NCBI GenBank assembly: GCA_964461235.1
Contig: CAYWUV010000019.1
Span: 6,271-70,270, forward strand
Direction: 5' to 3'
Length of the DNA stretch: 64,000 bases
From: an uncultured Bryobacterales bacterium
Lineage (GTDB): Bacteria; Acidobacteriota; Terriglobia; Bryobacterales; UBA6623
Positions 48,898-56,776 of the stretch are shown here, piece by piece (positions within the stretch are counted from its first letter, which is position 1; every line of letters begins with the position of its first letter). The position numbers and the translations under genes are program-made. The notes under the pieces are model-generated. The model saw only the letters and a program-made list of their open reading frames with translations. It did not search any database and was not told the origin of the DNA.

Positions 48898-50712
48898 ATG
48901 TACGGTCAGCTAAGGGACCGGTTGACTCGATATTCTGAGGGGGCGGTGAACAGGAGCGGATCTGGATTGTCGGCATTGCTTCTGCTGCTGGGCGGAGTAC
49001 TAACGTCGGGCACGCCGCTGTACGGCCAAGGTTCGGCGACCAGCGGTGCGGCGGCTCAGCCGAAGAGACCGCTGCCGGAGGGTGTCGCGCTGCCACAGAT
49101 CGAATACCGCGACATCGCGGCCGAAGCCGGCCTCTCGGGAGTGGCTGTTTCCGGGTCATCGACCGAGAAGAGCTACATCGTCGAATCGACGGGAACGGGT
49201 GTCGCGGTCATCGATTACGACCGGGATGGCTTGTTGGATATCTTGCTGATCAGCGCGGACCACTTCGAAGACGAAGACCCGGAACCGCGGCATTACCTAT
49301 ATCGGAATCTCGGAGGGCTGCGCTTCGAGGATGTCACACATGAGGCAGGCATTGAACATACCGGATGGGCACAAGGGGCATGCGCGGGCGACATCGACAA
49401 CGACGGATTCGACGACATTGTCATCCCGCACTGGGGCCAGAACAGGCTCTTCCGCAACCAGGGGAACGGAAAGTTCCGGGACGAGACCGCCGAGCGCGGG
49501 CTGACAGAGCCTGTCCGGAGATGGGGCACGGGCTGTGCCTTCCTGGATTTCGACCGGGACGGCGATCTGGACCTGTTCATTGCGAACTACCTTCGGTTCG
49601 ACCCCGAGAAGACGCCGAGGCCGGGCGAGGGAGCCGAGTGCCGCTGGAAGGGCATGCCGGTGCTTTGCGGCCCCCGCGGCTTACCGGGCGAGTCGATGTC
49701 GCTGTACGAAAACGACGGCGATGGGGTGTTTGCCGACATTTCCGCGAAGGCCGGCGTCGAGACCGACAAGCTCTACTACGGCTTCACCCCTCTGACCGGG
49801 GACTTCGACAACGACGGTTGGACGGACGTGTACGTGTCATGCGATTCCACCGCCAGCCTGTTCTTCCACAACAAGGGCGACGGCACGTTCGAGGAGATCG
49901 GAGTGATCTCGGGCACGGCCTACAACATGGACGGGCAAGAGCAAGCAGGCATGGGAGTGACAGCAGGCGATTTCGACCTCGACGGGGATCTCGACATTTT
50001 CAAGACCAACTTCTCGAACGACACCCACACGCTGTACCTGAACGAGGGCATGCAGATGTTCATCGACGAGACGGTCACCACCGGACTCGCTGTCAACACC
50101 CAGTACCTCGGATGGGGAACGGCCTTTCTGGACATCGACCAAGACGGGCTCAAGGATCTCTTCGTCGCCAACGGGCACGTGTACCCGGGAGTGGACCAGG
50201 CTGGGGTCGGAGAGACCTTTCGCCAGCGCAGGCTGGTCTATTGGAACTACGGCCGGGGCAGGTTCCACGACCTGAGCGACATCGCCGGGCCGGGCGTCGC
50301 CGCCCAGCATTCCTCTCGCGGGCTTGCGGCAGCGGACCTCGATAACGACGGGACCCTCGAGATCGTGACGGTCAACATGCACGAAGGTCCTTCCCTTCTG
50401 AAGCAATTCGCGCCTGTCGGCAATGCCTTGCTTGTGGATGCGAGGCTGGCTTCCGGGCGGGCAGCGATCGGGTCCCGGATTCGAGTCGAGACCGCCCAAG
50501 GTCTGCAGATCGGCGAAGTCAGGAGTGGAGGCTTTCACATCTCCCAAGGCGACATGCGGGTCCATTTCGGGCTCGGCCAGGCGGAAGAGGCCTCCGTCTC
50601 GGTCACCTGGCCGGACGGCTCCGAAGAGACGATCGACGATGTCGAAGTCAACAGCCGCGTCACTATCCTTCCCGGAGAAGGACTCGTCGAATCAGTTGCT
50701 TTCGGATCCTGA
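48898..50712 (+). CDS. CRTAC1/ASPIC-UnbV family FG-GAP repeat protein
   Basis: Signal peptide (LSALLLLLGGVLTSGTPLYGQ), FG-GAP repeats (IDYDRDGLLDIL, GDIDNDGFDDIV, LDFDRDGDLDLF, GDFDNDGWTDVY, GDFDLDGDLDIF, LDIDQDGLKDLF, ADLDNDGTLEIV) and the UnbV_ASPIC C-terminus. The ORF is open from 48853; ATG 48898 is preferred. Confidence 0.85.
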   Translation: MYGQLRDRLTRYSEGAVNRSGSGLSALLLLLGGVLTSGTPLYGQGSATSGAAAQPKRPLPEGVALPQIEYRDIAAEAGLSGVAVSGSSTEKSYIVESTGTGVAVIDYDRDGLLDILLISADHFEDEDPEPRHYLYRNLGGLRFEDVTHEAGIEHTGWAQGACAGDIDNDGFDDIVIPHWGQNRLFRNQGNGKFRDETAERGLTEPVRRWGTGCAFLDFDRDGDLDLFIANYLRFDPEKTPRPGEGAECRWKGMPVLCGPRGLPGESMSLYENDGDGVFADISAKAGVETDKLYYGFTPLTGDFDNDGWTDVYVSCDSTASLFFHNKGDGTFEEIGVISGTAYNMDGQEQAGMGVTAGDFDLDGDLDIFKTNFSNDTHTLYLNEGMQMFIDETVTTGLAVNTQYLGWGTAFLDIDQDGLKDLFVANGHVYPGVDQAGVGETFRQRRLVYWNYGRGRFHDLSDIAGPGVAAQHSSRGLAAADLDNDGTLEIVTVNMHEGPSLLKQFAPVGNALLVDARLASGRAAIGSRIRVETAQGLQIGEVRSGGFHISQGDMRVHFGLGQAEEASVSVTWPDGSEETIDDVEVNSRVTILPGEGLVESVAFGS

Positions 50713-51060
50713 GCCGAAGATGGCTCCGGCCCGAAGAATCGCGTCATCCCCGGGGCGACGACGCCCAGAAACCCCGCTTCCATCTCCATATGCAGAATCG
50801 AATGCTCCGAGGCAGGCCGCAGGAAGAGGGGCCAGTTCCCGAATCCAGGCATCCACCTCGATTGGCTTGACCGCGAAAGCTGGGGAGATCACGAACGGGT
50901 CATGCCAAGATCTCGGTGCATTACTCTCAAGCGCAGCACGCAACCTCGACGAGATTCGGCGTGACTCCGGAATACGCGTAATTCGACACGCACTGGGTAT
51001 TGTCCAGCCCAGCGCCTGAGCGCTACTGCCGATCGAGATTCGCGTCGTCCTGCTCTGTCT

Positions 51061-54000
51061 TCAGAACATGAACTTCAGGCCGAACTGAATCTGCCTCTCC
51101 ATACTTCGGGTGCCGAACACACGGCCGAAGTTGCGGTTGTTAAAGTTCGCGATGGGAAGGCCCCAAGTCGGGCTGTTCGTTGAATTGAAGAACTCCGTCC
51201 GGAACTCTAGCACCTTGCTCTCGGAGATAGGGAACCTTCGGAAGAGCGACAGGTCCAGGTTCGCGAATCCGTCGCCCCGAAGCGAATGGCGACCTAGGTT
51301 CCCGAAGGTGAATCGGTCGGGCACAGCGAAAGCGCCCCGGTTGAACCATTCGGCAGGGGTCGGACTGCTCAGCTGGTGGTCGCCGACAACGTTGAGTCGC
51401 GCATAGAAGGAGCCGCCCCCGCCTCCCGATGGTCGGCCTACGTTTCCGGTGTTGGCGATGTCCCCGCTAACGCCGAGGTGGTACGGGAGGCCCGACGTGA
51501 ATTGGGCAATGCCGTTGAACTGCCAGTTCCCGACGATCTGATCGAGAAAGGCGTTCCCGCTGGAATACCTCGCCCCCACTCCGAACGGCAACCGGTAGAC
51601 CCAGCTCAGGTTGAGAATGTGCGGAAGGTCGTAGCCCGAGACACTGCGGTCATTGTTGAAGTTGTAGGGATCTTGAGTGGCGCAGCCTTCCACTCCGAAG
51701 AAGCCTGAGCACGCGGTATCGATGGATTTTGACCAGGTGTAAGAGACCAAGTACGACAATCCGTTGGTGAAGCCTCGATCTAGCCGGAACTGGAAGGCAT
51801 GGTAGTTGCTACGACCCCAGCTGCGGTCAAAGAAGGTCGGCGCTATGTAAGGGAAAGGGGCTCGTTCGCGCGGGTTGCCCGGCCCGGGAGTCGTAGCGAC
51901 GTTGTAGTAGCCGCCAAGGTTGTTCCGGGATGTGGCCGACCCGACGTAGTTCGCCTCCACGACGGTGCTCGAGGAAAGCTGGTGCTGGATTCCGAAGTTC
52001 CACTGCTGGGAGTATGAGTTCTTGAAGTGGGGGTCCGCGAACCAGAGCACCTGGTTGAACGGAGTCGGGGCCGGAAAGACCGCGCCCGTTCCGAGGTCGA
52101 AGGGGTCCTGCGCGGTTCGCGTCGGAACCGTTTGGCCGGCCCCGGGATTGTTCAGGTTGTTGGCGAGGAGTTGCTCAACGCTCGGCCAGCTGCCTTCGAA
52201 GTTCTGCGCTATCTGGCTGAATCCCGCCCAGTTGTCGAAGTAGATGCCGTAAGAGACGCGGAGGGCACTGTTCGCGGCCAGCCGGTAGGCAATGCCCAGG
52301 CGCGGCTGGTAGTTATCGAACACGTTGTGGTAGATCTTGCCTCGTGGATCGACGACAACGTTTTCCTGGCTCTCCAACCCCCCGGGAACGCACGGTGCGT
52401 GGCCTCGTTCTTCGCATGACGGAACGTGCCGCTTCAGGATGTATCGCCCGTTGAGGAGGTCCATGTCCCCGACCTCGTCGTTGTTGTCCTTGGCGCTCCC
52501 GTAGACGGGAATCAAGGTGTAGTCGAACCGGAAGCCCCAGTTGAACGTGAGCTTGTCCGTGACACGCCATGTGTCTTGGAAGTAGAAACCGTTTACCCAA
52601 CCGCCGTGCAACGATTCGAAGGCGTTTCGTCTCCCGGCGTTGTTAGGCACCCCGATGAGAAACGACGCAAGAGCATTTCCAGTGCCCGGTCTGAGTGGAT
52701 TCGCGGTCTGCTGAGCCGCAAAGGCAACGCTCGCGTTCTGGCGTGGCCCGCCGCTGGAGTTCCCCATGCTGTTGAACTCCGCCCCCATCTTGAATGTGTG
52801 GTTCCGGAATATCTTCGAGAAGCTGCCCTTCCATTGATGCAAATCCGAGAACGTGATCGCCGTCCGCTGTGTTGTTCCGCTAAGGAAACCGGGTATGTTG
52901 AGCCCGGGAATGAAGCACTCCTCCACTCCGTCGCCGTTCTTGAAGCCACAGGCGAAGTTGGGTGAGAACCCGATTTGGGTCAGCGCAGCCTGCGGCTGCT
53001 CGCTGGGCGGTGCCGCCTCAAACTGAAAAAGGCGGGTGTAGTCAGAGAAGCTGCGGCCGAACTGGAGTTGGAGGACCGCCGTGGGCCCAATGGTTTGGAC
53101 ATAGTTCACGCCGTAGTTCGTCGAGTCGAGATCCTCTGTCCGAAGGAGCCCTTCGTACCCTGCAGACGCACTGACCGGATGGATTGTCTGATTGAACCGG
53201 AACATCAGGGACTTGTTCGATGCGAGTTGGTGGTCGACCTTGATCGTCCATTCATCCTGGTCATTGATCCGCGGCGTGTTGTCCCTGTTGTTCGTCCCGG
53301 GAACGCCTGTGGACTCAGCTGCGGGAAAGAATTGCTGGGCGTAGGCCAGCATGCCGGGATCCAATCCGCTCTGGGGCACTACGTTGTTCGGATACTGATC
53401 GCGAATGTACTGTCCTGGATTGTCGGGGTCTTCGCGCGTCGTGAACGGGTTGAAGATATCCACGCCGAGGTCGCTGAGATCTCCTCGGAGGTTCGCATCC
53501 GTGGGAACGCGAAGCAGCCTCTCTGAATCCCTCGTGCTGCGGAAGCCTTGATACGAACCGAAGAAGAATGTCTTGTTCTTCACGATGGGGCCTCCAAGCG
53601 TGGCTCCGAACTGGTTCTGGCGAAAGGGAGTAACGTTACGGAGGAACGGGTTTCTTGCGTCCAACGCATCATTGCGCAGGAATTCCCAGAAGGTGCCGTG
53701 GAGTTCGTTCGTCCCCGACTTGGTCACGACGTTGACAACGCCGCCGACGCCGCCACCGAACTCGGCTTGATCATTGTGAGACTGAACCTTGAATTCCTGG
53801 ATCGCGTCTACGATCGGTGCCACGGCATATGTATTCACATGGGATCCGATGTTGTTGATCCCATCCAATGTGAAGACATTGGACCGGTTGATCTGGCCGT
53901 TGATGGAGGGAAAGCTGAAAGAGCCCACGGGATTGGCGCCGAATCCCCCCCTGTTCTGAGCCACGCTAACGGGGCTTACACCCGGCGTCAACGTGATGAG

Positions 54001-54492
54001 CTGCGTGAAGTTCCGTCCATTCAACGGCAAATCGACGACCTCCTGATCGCCGATGACCGTGCCTAACTCGGATGTGGAACTCTCGATCTGCGCCCCCACG
54101 GCTTCGACCGTGATCGTCTCGGTCGTCGCGCCGACGGCCAACGTGAAGTCATACGTAGCGGTCTGGTTCACCTCGAGGCTCACCTCGTCGTTGCGCGCCG
54201 TGCTGAAGCCTTCCTTCACGACATCGATCGTATAAGGGCCGGGCGGGATGTAGAGGATGACGTAGTTTCCAACCGTGTTGGAAAGAGTCCTCCTCTCGAC
54301 ACCCGTGTCGATATTTGTCAGGACGATTTCCGCTTCGGGAATCACAGCGCCGGTTGCGTCCGCGATGGTCCCATTGATAGTGGCCGTGGAAGTCTGGCCC
54401 ACAGCCACTACGGGCAGGATCAGGACGAGACCCCCAAGGGCGATTCGCGTGAGAGAAGACGCGAACCTGCGTCTATCCTGCAATCGGGTCAT
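51061..54492 (-). CDS. TonB-dependent outer-membrane receptor with N-terminal CarboxypepD_reg domain
   Basis: Signal peptide, then a CarboxypepD_reg domain (INGTIADATGAVIPEAEIVLTNIDTG...GNYVILYIPPGPYTI), a plug (LPLNGRNFTQLITLTPGV), a long beta-barrel and a terminal ...QFGLKFMF. ATG 54492 is preceded by GGGAGGTG. Confidence 0.92.
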   Translation of the reverse strand: MTRLQDRRRFASSLTRIALGGLVLILPVVAVGQTSTATINGTIADATGAVIPEAEIVLTNIDTGVERRTLSNTVGNYVILYIPPGPYTIDVVKEGFSTARNDEVSLEVNQTATYDFTLAVGATTETITVEAVGAQIESSTSELGTVIGDQEVVDLPLNGRNFTQLITLTPGVSPVSVAQNRGGFGANPVGSFSFPSINGQINRSNVFTLDGINNIGSHVNTYAVAPIVDAIQEFKVQSHNDQAEFGGGVGGVVNVVTKSGTNELHGTFWEFLRNDALDARNPFLRNVTPFRQNQFGATLGGPIVKNKTFFFGSYQGFRSTRDSERLLRVPTDANLRGDLSDLGVDIFNPFTTREDPDNPGQYIRDQYPNNVVPQSGLDPGMLAYAQQFFPAAESTGVPGTNNRDNTPRINDQDEWTIKVDHQLASNKSLMFRFNQTIHPVSASAGYEGLLRTEDLDSTNYGVNYVQTIGPTAVLQLQFGRSFSDYTRLFQFEAAPPSEQPQAALTQIGFSPNFACGFKNGDGVEECFIPGLNIPGFLSGTTQRTAITFSDLHQWKGSFSKIFRNHTFKMGAEFNSMGNSSGGPRQNASVAFAAQQTANPLRPGTGNALASFLIGVPNNAGRRNAFESLHGGWVNGFYFQDTWRVTDKLTFNWGFRFDYTLIPVYGSAKDNNDEVGDMDLLNGRYILKRHVPSCEERGHAPCVPGGLESQENVVVDPRGKIYHNVFDNYQPRLGIAYRLAANSALRVSYGIYFDNWAGFSQIAQNFEGSWPSVEQLLANNLNNPGAGQTVPTRTAQDPFDLGTGAVFPAPTPFNQVLWFADPHFKNSYSQQWNFGIQHQLSSSTVVEANYVGSATSRNNLGGYYNVATTPGPGNPRERAPFPYIAPTFFDRSWGRSNYHAFQFRLDRGFTNGLSYLVSYTWSKSIDTACSGFFGVEGCATQDPYNFNNDRSVSGYDLPHILNLSWVYRLPFGVGARYSSGNAFLDQIVGNWQFNGIAQFTSGLPYHLGVSGDIANTGNVGRPSGGGGGSFYARLNVVGDHQLSSPTPAEWFNRGAFAVPDRFTFGNLGRHSLRGDGFANLDLSLFRRFPISESKVLEFRTEFFNSTNSPTWGLPIANFNNRNFGRVFGTRSMERQIQFGLKFMF

Positions 54493-54534
54493 GCACACCT
54501 CCCGCACACCCGATCCGATCACCTTCTGCGACCG

Positions 54535-54563
54535 AGTCTAGGTCAGCGATTGATCCTTGTCAA
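54535..54563 (-). promoter_or_regulatory. Putative promoter of the TonB-dependent receptor gene
   Basis: Read on the minus strand: TTGACA (54563-54558), a 17-nt spacer, then TAGACT (54540-54535). This lies in the only clearly AT-richer intergenic stretch of the area. Confidence 0.4.
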
Positions 54564-54777
54564 CGGTTTTTTCTTACAGATCGAAATGCGGAAATCCGCC
54601 TAGAATGACCCATAAGTGACTGCACCTAAGTCTTTTAGGGCGACAATGCGGATTCTTGCAACAAAGATCACTGAATACACTTGAGAGCATCCGCCTTGGT
54701 AGAACACGAATACACCACCGACGAGCCGCTGGCATGACACCGAGCAGGTTGGTCCCAGAGCAAGAGGCTGAAGCCTC

Positions 54778-56604
54778 CTACGGTGGAGTCGGCAGCGTTC
54801 GCACCTGGCGAAGCAGGGCTCGCATGAAGTCGTCTTCCGGGAACAGCTCGACGAATTCGTGAATCGTCTCGGACGCAGCTCGATAGCGTTTCAGGTTGAT
54901 GTACCGCAGGGCCAGCGTTTTCCGCAGGCGAGGATTGAACGGCCATGATGCGACGCCATCCACAAGGACGCCCACCGATTCCTCCTCCCGCCCGTCCTGC
55001 GCCAGCAATTCGGCGAGATCTTCGAAGGTCGATGCTGCCTGCGAACCGGCTTCGACGGCTTCGGTCAAGTACTCGATCGCCTCTGCGGAGCGTCCCTCTA
55101 ACTTCGCTTTGCGGCCAAGGGAGGCGAGCACGAGCGGATCATCCCCGTAGGCCTCGGCCGCCTCTGCGAGAAGGTTCAAGTAGCGATCCGACAGGCCGGG
55201 TGCCTTCGCGAGCAGCTCGCCGTACACTTGGAACCGAACCAGTAACGGCAGCGATTCGGCACCCTGGTCCGGTGGGCGATTGACGTGGACAAGGTCTGGC
55301 AGGTCCGGTGTCGTCTGCTGGAACGCCGCGTCGGGGTAAGGCTGCCCGGGCGCCTTCACTATGCGGTGGTTCGTCAGAGAGGAGTGGGAGATCTCGGCAA
55401 GATCGCGCTTTGGCATGTGGCATTCTGCGCAATCATTCCTCGGGCGGGCAGCTACAGGGAGTCCGCATGAGGAATCTTCGTGGCATCCCAGGCACCGGGA
55501 CCGGTAGTACGATGAGCGCTCTCCGGCACGAGGCTGGTTGTGGACCTCGTGGCACGAAAAGCAACTCAGTCCTCCCGCGCTAGACCGGTAACAGAGGCTG
55601 AGTGCCATGGAAGCATGGTGTTCCAGCAGGTCAGACTCTCGCGGATTGTCACGATCCGCTGGCAGCTTGATGATCGCAACCGTTTCGTTGAGCCATTCGC
55701 CGGGACGGAAGTCAAAGTGGCCACGGCCCGGCTGCAGCACTCGGGCGTCACCGCCCTGATGGCAATTCATGCAGATGTTCTCGCCCAGTCTGGGGGGCAG
55801 CTTGGCCGGATTGACGATCGGGTCGGCCGACGCGTCGCCGCCCGCTAGCCTGAAGTCGACGTGCCGGCCAGCCGGACCGTGGCAGTTCTCGCAGCCGATT
55901 GCAACCTCGGCGAACGGGGGATCCTCGTACAGTCCCTCACTCGTGCCCTTGGGAAGAGGGCGGCCGGAGTGGCACTGCAGGCACGCCGCGTGGATCGTGC
56001 GGTTGAAGCCGTAGTCTTCCCCGGGCTTCGCGAATTCGTAGCCGGGGGACAGCCCCCACGCGTTCCGGCGCTGGAAATAGGAAATCGGTGCCTGGACGAG
56101 ATGGTTGCCTCTGCGAACCAGGAAACTGAATCCGTTCACGCCCGACCCGATGACGTAGGCGAGCCTTTGCTCGTTGTTGAACGGCGGCTTGTCCGTTGCG
56201 CTGGCCTCGGACTCGCTCTGGTAAAAGCCGTCAGGCCGTTCCTCGACGACAAACTTCCGGTTGAGCCGCTCGCTGACGACCGGCTCGGCGCCGCTCACGA
56301 CCTGACGTATCGATTCCGAGACCGGTGCCATCGACAAGCCCATGGCGGAGGCCACGAAGCTCTCGTGGATCTCCGCGTGGCACCCGGAACAGGCACTAGA
56401 CCCAACGTACCGGTGCTCCGTTCCCGGGGGACGGCCTGTCCGCCGATCCTGCCCCGTCGCCAGCCACTGGCCTGCGGCGAGCACCACTAGGCTGCACCCC
56501 CAAGCCGTACGTGCAAGAGGACTCGTGACGCGCCGGAACCAACAAGAGCCGGGCTGACTCCTCAGAAGGGAGGAATTCCTTGCCATCTTCGCGCCCAGTC
56601 CCAT
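54778..56604 (-). CDS. Heptaheme c-type cytochrome fused to C-terminal TPR repeats
   Basis: Seven CxxCH motifs (CSGCH, CLQCH, CENCH, CMNCH, CFSCH, CLGCH, CAECH), followed by a helical TPR-like C-terminal third. Start at 56604 or 56586. Confidence 0.85.
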   Translation of the reverse strand: MGLGAKMARNSSLLRSQPGSCWFRRVTSPLARTAWGCSLVVLAAGQWLATGQDRRTGRPPGTEHRYVGSSACSGCHAEIHESFVASAMGLSMAPVSESIRQVVSGAEPVVSERLNRKFVVEERPDGFYQSESEASATDKPPFNNEQRLAYVIGSGVNGFSFLVRRGNHLVQAPISYFQRRNAWGLSPGYEFAKPGEDYGFNRTIHAACLQCHSGRPLPKGTSEGLYEDPPFAEVAIGCENCHGPAGRHVDFRLAGGDASADPIVNPAKLPPRLGENICMNCHQGGDARVLQPGRGHFDFRPGEWLNETVAIIKLPADRDNPRESDLLEHHASMALSLCYRSSAGGLSCFSCHEVHNQPRAGERSSYYRSRCLGCHEDSSCGLPVAARPRNDCAECHMPKRDLAEISHSSLTNHRIVKAPGQPYPDAAFQQTTPDLPDLVHVNRPPDQGAESLPLLVRFQVYGELLAKAPGLSDRYLNLLAEAAEAYGDDPLVLASLGRKAKLEGRSAEAIEYLTEAVEAGSQAASTFEDLAELLAQDGREEESVGVLVDGVASWPFNPRLRKTLALRYINLKRYRAASETIHEFVELFPEDDFMRALLRQVRTLPTPP

Positions 56605-56776
56605 TTCCCAGCCACGATCTCTCTCCGGAACGCATCAGCCGCGGATACCGTGGTAAGTCGATTCACAGCTTACACCGCGTTCCATGCCAGCACCGTCGTG
56701 CCGGACCCGATATCGGAACCAAGAATTCCCTCGAGCCACGAAGGCCGCAACGTACACTAGACGCAAGAGGAATCAA

